Assembly: GCA_964609975.1 (NCBI GenBank)
Contig: CAZSTR010000002.1
Location: 16,051-80,050 of the forward strand
DNA: 64,000 nucleotides
Reading direction: 5' to 3'
DNA from: an uncultured Ruminococcus sp.
Lineage (GTDB): Bacteria; Bacillota; Clostridia; Oscillospirales; Acutalibacteraceae
The notes under the pieces were generated by a model. That model was not told the DNA's origin. It made no database searches and was given only the letters and a program-made list of their open reading frames with translations. Positions 16,435 through 23,829 of this stretch are shown here, in pieces (the stretch's first letter is position 1; every line of letters begins with the position of its first letter). The position numbers were made by a program, and so were the translations under genes.

Positions 16435-18417
16435 TTATTTTGCTTTTCGGTCGGAAAGCAGGCGCAACACATTGGCGACGCACAGCAGGGTCACGCCTGT
16501 GTCGGCAAACACTGCTAGCCACATGGGAGCGATGCCACAAACCGCCAGTACCAGCACCGCCGCCTTCACCGCCAGAGAGAAGCCAATGTTTTCCTGGATG
16601 ATGCCCATCACCCGGCGGCAAAGCCGCACGGCCGCGGGCAACGCGGCCAGCCCGTTGACTTTTCTGTTCTCTCCGCCGGAAATCAGCACCGCGTCGGCGG
16701 TTTCGATGGCGGCGGGAGAGCCGAGACCCATGGCGATGCCGATGTCGGCCGCCGCCAGCACCGGCGCGTCGTTGATGCCGTCGCCGACGAAGGCGGTGAC
16801 GAGTCCTTCCTTTTGCAATGCTTCCACGGCCGCCAGCTTATCCTCCGGCAACAGCTCCGCCTTCACCTGCGTTAGCCCAACTGCCTTTGCCACGGCGTCG
16901 GCCTGGCTCTTGCGGTCGCCGGTGAGCATGACCTGGCGGGAAACGCCCAGCGCGGAAAGGGCGGCCACGGCTTCGGCGGCTCCTTCTTGTAAGGTGGCCT
17001 TTCCGTAAAAGGCAGCGCTCACACGGCCGTTTTCTAGCAGAAAGGCGGTGCCGTCCCGTAGGGCGGGCGGAAGGGTGGCGGGGTCGTTGCCCTGCTCGCG
17101 AAGCAGGCGCAGTCCGCCGCAGGCGACGGGAACGCCGTCGATGCTTCCGATGATGCCGATGCCCGGCTGCTCGTGAAGGCTTTCCGCGGCGGGGAGGGGC
17201 GCTTCTGCCGCCGCGCAGATGGCGCGAGCCATGGGGTGGGTGGAGCTTTGCTCCAGCGCGGCGGTCAGCGCCAGCGCCCGGTCGGCGTCTGTTCCGGCGA
17301 CTACCGCCACCCGATCTAAGGACAGAGCGTTGGTGGTGAGGGTGCCGGTTTTGTCGTAGGCCACCGCCTGCACCCTCGCCAGCTTTTCCACGAACAGCCC
17401 GCCCTTGAGCAAAATGCCGCGACGGGCTGCTGCTGCGATGCCGGCATAGAAGCCCAGCGGCACCGAAATCACCAGTGCGCAGGGGCAGGAGGCGACGAGA
17501 AACACCAGCGCCCGATAAATCCATGCTTGGAAAGTGCCTGCGCCGAGGAGGGGCGGCAGAAGCGCCACCGCCACCGCCAGCCCGGTGACGATGGGGGTGT
17601 ATAGCCGGGCGAAGCGGGTGATGAAGCGCTCCGAACGCCCTTTTCGGGCGGTGGCCTCCTCCACCAGCTTCAAAATCCGCGCCGCGGCAGAGTCTCCGGT
17701 GGCGCGCAAAGCCTCGACAGTTAAAGCGCCGTCGCCGTTCACTGTGCCGGAGAGCAGCTCGTCGCCGATGCTCACCGGCCGGGGCGCGCTTTCGCCTGTC
17801 AGCGCGGCGGTGTCCACGGCGGAGGCGCCGTCGGTTATGCGACAATCCGCCGCCACGCGGGCGTGGGGCGGAATCCAAAGGCTGTCCCCTACACGCACTT
17901 CTTCGGCGTGAATTTCCTCCCGCTTTCCGTCGGGCGAAAGGCGCAGAGCTGTGTCCGGGGTCACCGCTGCCAGCGCGGTCACCGCGTGGCGGGAGTGACC
18001 GACGGCCTTGTGCTCCAGCCATTCGCCCAGCGAAAAGAGCAACAGCACCAACGTGCCGTCCACCGCTTCGCCGATGGCGAAGGCTGCCACGACGGCGATC
18101 ACCAGCAGTGTGTTTTCGCCCATGGAACGGTGGCGCAGCTCCTCCAACGCCTCCTGCGCAATCGGGAGAAAGGGCCAGATGGCCGCAGCGGCCATCCAAA
18201 CCGGCCGTACGAAGGCGGGCATGGCCACCAGCGCCGTCAAAATCCAGCCGACGAGAAAAACGGCGCCGCCGAAGAACAGCGTAGCCGGAAATCGGCCGGC
18301 GTCTCCGTCGTGGTCATGGCTGTGGCCGTGCGCACAGCCACAACCACAGCCGCAATTGGATTCCTGGCAGTGGTGATGGTTGTGTTCGTATTCGTGATGC
18401 TCATTGTGCTTCGTCAT
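16435..18417 (-). CDS. heavy-metal-translocating P1B-type ATPase (Zn/Cd/Co-type)
   Basis: CPC motif (LVASCPCALVIS), DKTGTLT phosphorylation site, GDGINDAP hinge, and a His/Cys-rich N-terminus MTKHNEHHEYEHNHHHCQESNCGCGCGCAHGHSHDHD. ATG at 18417 follows GGAGGAGAAC and overlaps the arsR-family stop by 17 nt. Confidence 0.9.
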   Translation of the reverse strand: MTKHNEHHEYEHNHHHCQESNCGCGCGCAHGHSHDHDGDAGRFPATLFFGGAVFLVGWILTALVAMPAFVRPVWMAAAAIWPFLPIAQEALEELRHRSMGENTLLVIAVVAAFAIGEAVDGTLVLLLFSLGEWLEHKAVGHSRHAVTALAAVTPDTALRLSPDGKREEIHAEEVRVGDSLWIPPHARVAADCRITDGASAVDTAALTGESAPRPVSIGDELLSGTVNGDGALTVEALRATGDSAAARILKLVEEATARKGRSERFITRFARLYTPIVTGLAVAVALLPPLLGAGTFQAWIYRALVFLVASCPCALVISVPLGFYAGIAAAARRGILLKGGLFVEKLARVQAVAYDKTGTLTTNALSLDRVAVVAGTDADRALALTAALEQSSTHPMARAICAAAEAPLPAAESLHEQPGIGIIGSIDGVPVACGGLRLLREQGNDPATLPPALRDGTAFLLENGRVSAAFYGKATLQEGAAEAVAALSALGVSRQVMLTGDRKSQADAVAKAVGLTQVKAELLPEDKLAAVEALQKEGLVTAFVGDGINDAPVLAAADIGIAMGLGSPAAIETADAVLISGGENRKVNGLAALPAAVRLCRRVMGIIQENIGFSLAVKAAVLVLAVCGIAPMWLAVFADTGVTLLCVANVLRLLSDRKAK

Positions 18418-18832
18418 GGTGTTCTCCTCCTTTTTCCTTCTCCAGAACATGGGAAAGTCCCAGCCGGATGATTTGCCAAACGTGTTCGTCGTCCAGCATA
18501 TACACGGAGGATTTCCCCTTTTTTTCGAAGCGTACCAGCCGGGCCTGGCGCAGCAGGCGAAGCTGGTGAGAGACGGCCGATTGTCCACAGTCCAACAGCT
18601 CCGCCAGGTCACAAACGCACAACGGTCCCTGGGACAGCGCCCACAGCAGGCGCACGCGGGTGGCGTCGCCGAAAAGACGGAATTGCTCGGCTAGGTTTTG
18701 CATGGTTTCGCCGTCGGGCATATCCAGCGCGGCCAGCCGCAGGGTGTGGATGTGCTCCTGCGGGCGGGCACAGCCCACGACGGTGGATTTTTCGCCGCCC
18801 TCGCCAATAGCGGCGGCTTTGTTTTCGTTCAC
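18401..18832 (-). CDS. ArsR/SmtB family metalloregulator
   Basis: HTH block FRLFGDATRVRLLWALSQGPLCVCDLAELLDCGQSAVSHQLRLLRQARLV. The ATG at 18874 lies inside the operator and upstream of the predicted TSS, so the GTG at 18832 (after GAAGG) is preferred. Confidence 0.8.
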   Translation of the reverse strand: MNENKAAAIGEGGEKSTVVGCARPQEHIHTLRLAALDMPDGETMQNLAEQFRLFGDATRVRLLWALSQGPLCVCDLAELLDCGQSAVSHQLRLLRQARLVRFEKKGKSSVYMLDDEHVWQIIRLGLSHVLEKEKGGEHHDEAQ

Positions 18833-18845
18833 GAAATCGCCTTCT

Positions 18846-18903
18846 TTCGTATTATCATATGAACAGTTGTTCATATGATAATACGAAAATGCGCTCTTGT
18901 CAA
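18846..18903 (-). promoter_or_regulatory. arsR-ATPase promoter with SmtB-type inverted-repeat operator
   Basis: 20-2-20 perfect IR TTCGTATTATCATATGAACA-GT-TGTTCATATGATAATACGAA (18846-18887), whose core TGAACAGTTGTTCA resembles SmtB/CzrA operators. On the minus strand, TTGACA (18898-18903), 17 nt, TATCAT (18875-18880) overlaps the IR. Confidence 0.8.
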
Positions 18904-19366
18904 CACTTTTTGCGAAAAAAGTGGCAAGAATTGAGGATGTGTGCGACGGAGGGTGAAAATTTTCGTGTCCATGGCTTGGAAAAGGAGTTTTTTGAAAAAC
19001 GCGGTTCCGCGGAAGCGATCTGGTCGGAAGTGCTGGAGTCTATGATGCGTATGGTATATAGTATTATACAAATATATTATACCTATGATACACTTGTTAT
19101 ATGTTCTATGGTAGACATATAGTATACTTTAATATTGGATTTTAGAATAGATTTGTAGTACACAATCGTTTTTTGATGATGCGTCATTCAAAAAATGTAT
19201 AAATATGTGAATATACGTCCAAAAATAGTGGGAATATGCAAAATAGTTCCTGAATCCATTTGGGAAGGTGTATAAAAACAGCTCAACAACCATGGCTTCG
19301 ACAAGTTGCACAGAAAGAGTGGAAAACATTTTTATTCGTTTGTAAGTATTTTTATGCAAAAAAGTG

Positions 19367-19395
19367 TTGACAATATGCAGTTTCGGGTGTATACT
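19367..19395 (+). promoter_or_regulatory. sigma-A-type promoter of the amino-acid ABC transporter operon
   Basis: TTGACA (19367-19372), 17 nt, TATACT (19390-19395). Confidence 0.7.
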
Positions 19396-19465
19396 ATGTC
19401 ATGTTCCCGGGAGATACACCCGGTTACCCAAAGAAAAAATCAAAAAGAAAAAGGAGAAAACTGTT

Positions 19466-20305
19466 ATGAAAAAACTGATTGCTTTGGTGGCGGCCGTTGC
19501 CACCCTCGCCATCCTCTGCTGCTCCTGCGGCAGCTCCAACACCGCGAAGGTGATCGACATCCAGCTGACCAGCGAGGAATATGCTTTCGCGGTCAACCCC
19601 AACGATACCGAGCTGCAAACGAAGGTCAACAAATTCCTGAAGGAAATCAAGTCCAATGGCAAATTTGACGAGATTTGCCAGCACTATTTCGGCGATGGTG
19701 AGCCGGTGGCCGTGTCCTCTGCGAAGGAGGACTCCTCCAAGGACCAGCTCATCGTGGTGACGGAGCCCGGCTTCGAGCCCTTCGAGTATACCGACGGCGA
19801 CAAGTATAAGGGTATCGACATGGAGATGGCTCAGCTGCTGGCGGAGTATCTGAACAAAGAACTGGTTATCAAACCCATCGAATTCGACGCGATTTTCCAG
19901 ACCCTGAACACCAACGGCGCGGACATCGGCATGGCCGGCATCACCGTGAACGCGGAACGGGCGAAGCTGGTGACCTTCAGCGACACCTATTACAATGCAG
20001 CGCAGAAGCTCATCGTGAAGAGCGATGACAAGACCTTCGATGAGTGCAAGACGAAGGAGGATGTGGAAGCCATCCTGAACGGCTTCGATGCCAGCGTGAA
20101 GATCGGCGTGCAGACCGGCACCACCGGCCACTCCTATGTGGAGGGCGGCGAGGGCTTCGGCTTTACCGGCCTGAAGGCGAAGGCGGTTGGCTATACCAAC
20201 GGCTCTCTGGCGGTGTCCTCCATGCTCAACGGCGATGTGAGCTATGTGATCATCGACGAGGCTCCCGCCGCCGCCATCACCAAGGCGCTGAACGCAATGC
20301 AATAA
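19466..20305 (+). CDS. amino-acid ABC transporter substrate-binding lipoprotein
   Basis: Start MKKLIALVAAVATLAILCCSCGSS (signal peptide plus lipobox-like Cys) after AAAGGAGAA. SBP family 3 blocks FEPFEY, GADIGMAGITV and TFSDTYY. Confidence 0.9.
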   Translation: MKKLIALVAAVATLAILCCSCGSSNTAKVIDIQLTSEEYAFAVNPNDTELQTKVNKFLKEIKSNGKFDEICQHYFGDGEPVAVSSAKEDSSKDQLIVVTEPGFEPFEYTDGDKYKGIDMEMAQLLAEYLNKELVIKPIEFDAIFQTLNTNGADIGMAGITVNAERAKLVTFSDTYYNAAQKLIVKSDDKTFDECKTKEDVEAILNGFDASVKIGVQTGTTGHSYVEGGEGFGFTGLKAKAVGYTNGSLAVSSMLNGDVSYVIIDEAPAAAITKALNAMQ

Positions 20306-20328
20306 TTCCGACCGATCGGATTGGCGGC

Positions 20329-20360
20329 TATCCCCTCGCTCCATCTGGGACGAGGGGATA
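20329..20360 (+). other. intercistronic stem-loop between the SBP and permease genes
   Basis: 10-bp perfect stem TATCCCCTCG / CGAGGGGATA with a 12-nt loop and no T-run. May stabilise the mRNA or cause partial termination. Confidence 0.5.
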
Positions 20361-20406
20361 TGCGTCATTCGGAAGGACGGCGGTTTTTGAAAAGAAAGGT
20401 TAGCTT

Positions 20407-21117
20407 ATGGGAAATTTTGCATTAAAATGGGAAAAATTTGTCCATGCGATGATTGATAACGGCGGTTATCACAATGTGCTGGAGGGCTTGCGCAACACCC
20501 TTTTGGTGGCGGTCTTTGGCCTGCTTATCGGTATCGTCATCGGCACACTCATCGCCTCGGTAGCAGTGATGCCGAAATACAAGCGTTTCCCCTGGATTCT
20601 CAACCGGATTTGTCAGCTGTATGTGGCCTTTTTCCGGGGCACGCCGCTGGTGGTGCAGCTGCTTGTGGGCTATTTTGTGCTGCGGCCGATGCTGGGGCTG
20701 AGCATTTCGGCGTTGACCTCCTGTATCATTATCTATGGTATGAACTCCGGCGCCTATGTGTCGGAAATCATGCGGGGCGGCATCCATTCGGTGGATGGCG
20801 GCCAGATGGAGGCGGGTCGCGCTCTGGGCCTCGGCTATGGAACGACCATGCTGCGGGTGGTGATTCCCCAGGCTGTGAAAAACATTCTGCCGACTTTAGG
20901 CAACGAGTTTATTGCGCTGGTGAAGGATACCTCTATCGTCAGCTTCGTGGGCACGACGGATTTGTATGTGGCCTTCAAGTTTATCGGCACGAACAACTAT
21001 GAATTCATGATTCCCTATTTGGTGATGGCGCTGATTTATATCGTGCTGGTGCTGTTGATCACCTTTGGAATTCACATGATGGAAAGGAGCCTGAAGAAGA
21101 GTGATCGACGCAATTAA
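20407..21117 (+). CDS. amino-acid ABC transporter permease (HisMQ/GlnP type)
   Basis: 236 aa multi-TM protein. Has the EAA-loop-like block [24 protein letters not shown] and the [15 protein letters not shown] block. Confidence 0.9.
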   Translation: MGNFALKWEKFVHAMIDNGGYHNVLEGLRNTLLVAVFGLLIGIVIGTLIASVAVMPKYKRFPWILNRICQLYVAFFRGTPLVVQLLVGYFVLRPMLGLSISALTSCIIIYGMNSGAYVSEIMRGGIHSVDGGQMEAGRALGLGYGTTMLRVVIPQAVKNILPTLGNEFIALVKDTSIVSFVGTTDLYVAFKFIGTNNYEFMIPYLVMALIYIVLVLLITFGIHMMERSLKKSDRRN

Positions 21118-21853
21118 TTTAACGAAAAAATACGGCGACCTGACGGTGCTGGACGGCATCACCGAAACCATCCACGAGGGCGAGCGCATCGTGGTCATCG
21201 GCCCCTCCGGGAGCGGAAAATCGACATTTTTGCGCTGTCTCAACTGCATGGAGGACCCCACCTCCGGCTCCATCATGTTCGAGGGCGTGGACATCGCCGA
21301 CATGAAGGTGGACATCAATGTACACCGTCAGCACATGGGCATGGTTTTTCAGCAGTTCAATTTGTTCAACAACAAGACGGTGCTGGAAAACATCACCATG
21401 GCCCCCTATCTTGTGGGGAAAAAGAAGGCGAAGGGACGCGCCGAAAAGGCGGCCCTAAAGGCGCAGGTGGAGGCGCGGGCCCATGAGCTTCTCCAGCGCA
21501 TCGGGCTGGATGACTGGGCGGATAAATATCCCTCCACCCTGTCCGGCGGCCAGAAGCAGCGGGTGGCCATCGTGCGGGCGCTGGCGATGAATCCGAAGGT
21601 GATTTTATTCGACGAGCCGACCTCGGCACTGGACCCGGAAATGGTGGGCGAGGTGCTTGATTTGATAAAGGAGCTGGCCGATGAGGGGATGACGATGGTG
21701 ATCGTCACCCACGAAATGGGCTTCGCGCGTGAGGTGGCCTCCCGCGTGTTCTTTATGGACGGCGGCCATATTCAGGAGCAGGGAACGCCGGAGGATATTT
21801 TCGAGCATCCCCGTTCTTCTCGCTTGAAGGAATTTTTGAGCAAGGTTCTGTGA
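21101..21853 (+). CDS. amino-acid ABC transporter ATP-binding protein
   Basis: Walker [11 protein letters not shown]-loop, signature [11 protein letters not shown], Walker [12 protein letters not shown], and H-loop VTHEM. Confidence 0.95.
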   Translation: MIDAINLTKKYGDLTVLDGITETIHEGERIVVIGPSGSGKSTFLRCLNCMEDPTSGSIMFEGVDIADMKVDINVHRQHMGMVFQQFNLFNNKTVLENITMAPYLVGKKKAKGRAEKAALKAQVEARAHELLQRIGLDDWADKYPSTLSGGQKQRVAIVRALAMNPKVILFDEPTSALDPEMVGEVLDLIKELADEGMTMVIVTHEMGFAREVASRVFFMDGGHIQEQGTPEDIFEHPRSSRLKEFLSKVL

Positions 21854-21870
21854 GCCTTGTCATAGACAGA

Positions 21871-21901
21871 AAAACCGGGCGTCATGGACGCCCGGTTTTT
21901 T
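21871..21901. terminator. bidirectional terminator between the convergent ABC operon and hemolysin-family gene
   Basis: Stem AAAACCGGGCGTC / GACGCCCGGTTTT, loop ATG, with an A-run on one side and a T-run on the other. Confidence 0.85.
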
Positions 21902-21961
21902 GCTTGAAAAGGAAAACCGGAGGGGGAACAACTTTCTGTCCGCCTCCGGCGTAAAGATGAT

Positions 21962-23233
21962 TTATTTTTTCTCTGCCGGCTCCTCCGCCGGCAGGGAATG
22001 CACCAGAATTTCCTCCGGGTGGTTTCCGTCCATGCGGGTGACCTGCACCTGCAGTCCGTCGGCGCAGAAGGTGTCGCCCACCTGGGGGATACACCCCAGC
22101 GCATCCATCACCCAGCCGCTGACCGTGGAGGCCTCGCACTCCGTTTCGGTGTCGAAAAGCTCCATCAGGCTGTCCAGCTCTGCCGCGCATAGCACCGCCC
22201 GGCCGCCGTCCTCCAGCGGTCGAATCAGCTCTACCACATCGTCGTGCTCGTCCCAGATTTCACCCACAAGCTCCTCCAGCACATCCTCCATGGTGACTAG
22301 GCCCTGGGTGCCGCCATATTCGTCGGAAACGATGGCGATATGGGATTTCTGCTCCTGCAAAAGTCGCAGAAGCAGGCGGATTTTCATGGTCGGCGGCACA
22401 AAAACCGGCGACTGCATGATTTCGCGGGGGCGGGGCTGTTGGCTTTGCACCGCCAGATAATCCTTCAGATGCACAACGCCTACGATATGGTCCATGGTGT
22501 CCTCATACACCGGCAAACGGGAATAGCCGCTTTCCGCGAACAGCGCCGCCATCTCTTCGGCGGTGGCCTCTGCGTCGATGCCGGTCATGTCCACGCGGGG
22601 GATGAGAATGTCCACCGCTTCCCTGTCGTTGAAATCAATGACGCGGCGGATAAGCTCGCTTTCCTGCTCATTGATGGAGCCGCCCTGCTCCGCTTCGTCC
22701 ACGATGGTGAGCAGCTCCTGCTCGGTCACAACCTGGTCGCCGCTGGATTTGAAAACCTTGCCCAACAGCTTTTTCCACATGGAGAATAGCCAGTTCACCG
22801 GATATAGTAGAATCACAATCAACCGCAAAATCGGTGCGGTGGCCAAAACAAAGCTCTCCGCGTGCTCCTTCGCCAGGCTTTTTGGCGAAATCTCGCCGAA
22901 AATCAGCACCACGACGGTGGAGACGACGGTGGCCAGCGTAGTGCCGGTGCCGCTTCCGTAAAGATCGACAAAAAACACCGTGGCCAGCGAGGTCAACAGA
23001 ATGTTTACGATGTTGTTGCCCACAAGGATAGTGGACAGCAGGCGGTCATAGCCGGCCGCCAGAGACATGGCGAGCCGTGCCCGCTTGTCCCCCTCCTCGG
23101 CCATGTTTTTCAACCGGATGCGGTTGAAGGATGAAAAGGCGGTCTCGGTCGCCGAAAAATACGCCGACAGAGAAACGAGCACAAGCATACACAACAGAAG
23201 CTGGATGCTACTGTTACTGCCATCAGGGTCCAT
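21962..23233 (-). CDS. hemolysin-family protein (CNNM/DUF21 membrane domain, CBS pair, CorC_HlyC)
   Basis: 423 aa. DUF21-type N-terminal TM region, GEISPKSLA block, CBS pair, and C-terminal transporter-associated domain. Confidence 0.85.
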   Translation of the reverse strand: MDPDGSNSSIQLLLCMLVLVSLSAYFSATETAFSSFNRIRLKNMAEEGDKRARLAMSLAAGYDRLLSTILVGNNIVNILLTSLATVFFVDLYGSGTGTTLATVVSTVVVLIFGEISPKSLAKEHAESFVLATAPILRLIVILLYPVNWLFSMWKKLLGKVFKSSGDQVVTEQELLTIVDEAEQGGSINEQESELIRRVIDFNDREAVDILIPRVDMTGIDAEATAEEMAALFAESGYSRLPVYEDTMDHIVGVVHLKDYLAVQSQQPRPREIMQSPVFVPPTMKIRLLLRLLQEQKSHIAIVSDEYGGTQGLVTMEDVLEELVGEIWDEHDDVVELIRPLEDGGRAVLCAAELDSLMELFDTETECEASTVSGWVMDALGCIPQVGDTFCADGLQVQVTRMDGNHPEEILVHSLPAEEPAEKK

Positions 23234-23411
23234 TTTGATTGATTCCTCCTAAAATTCGGGTTTTGCTGTCCCGAAGACAGCAAAACCAATATAATAGCGC
23301 CATCATAGCAGAAAAGAAGCACGCTGTCCAGTGTTTTTTGAGATTTTTACATATTTTTTTCATTTTGCGAGATACTATGCCTGTGAAACCGAGGAAAAAG
23401 GGGCGCGGAAA

Positions 23412-23777
23412 ATGGATTGGTGGATGCTTTTGAAGGCTTTTGGGGTGGGCGGTGGCATTTGTGTTGTCGGCCAGCTGTTGCTAGAATATACCCGTCTGAC
23501 GCCGGCCCGAATTTTGGTGGCTTTTGTGACGGCGGGGGTGGCGCTGACGGCGGTGGGGATTTATGAACCGCTGGTGAAACTCGCCGGCTGTGGGGCAACG
23601 GTGCCCTTGACCGGCTTTGGCTATTCTCTGGCCATGGGTGTGCGGGAGGCGGTGACCGAGCGAGGTCTGTTGGGAGCGCTGACCGGCGGACTGACCGGAA
23701 CAGCCGGGGGTATCGCCGCAGCGGTGAGCTTTGGCCTTTTGTGCGCGCTGGTGGCGACGCCCGGCGACAAGGCGTGA
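23412..23777 (+). CDS. spoVAE: stage V sporulation protein AE
   Basis: MDWWMLLKAFGVGGGICVVGQLLLEYTRLTPARILV...GATVPLTGFGYSLAMGVREAV...GGLTGTAGGIAAA closely follows the SpoVAE pattern. ~121 aa. Confidence 0.85.
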   Translation: MDWWMLLKAFGVGGGICVVGQLLLEYTRLTPARILVAFVTAGVALTAVGIYEPLVKLAGCGATVPLTGFGYSLAMGVREAVTERGLLGALTGGLTGTAGGIAAAVSFGLLCALVATPGDKA

Positions 23778-23829
23778 AAAAGCGGAGGAGGTTGCTTTTT
23801 CGGCAATCTCCTCCGCTTTTTTGGATGAA

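Noticed and set aside
18859-19122. 87-aa plus-strand ORF starting MNSCSYDNTK.
   Set aside because: Its start is the mirror image of the minus-strand ATG created by the CATATG-containing operator palindrome. The remainder runs into 27%-GC DNA with implausible composition.
19129-19359. 76-aa minus-strand ORF inside the AT-rich island.
   Set aside because: No RBS. Aromatic and Ile-rich composition typical of random AT-rich translation. It overlaps the ABC-operon promoter region.
23260-23286. 11-bp hairpin GTTTTGCTGTC/GACAGCAAAAC upstream of the hemolysin-family gene, considered as a terminator or attenuator.
   Set aside because: No adjacent T-run on either strand. It most simply reads as a 5'-UTR stabilising stem just upstream of the AGGAGG RBS. 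Not enough evidence for a regulatory call.
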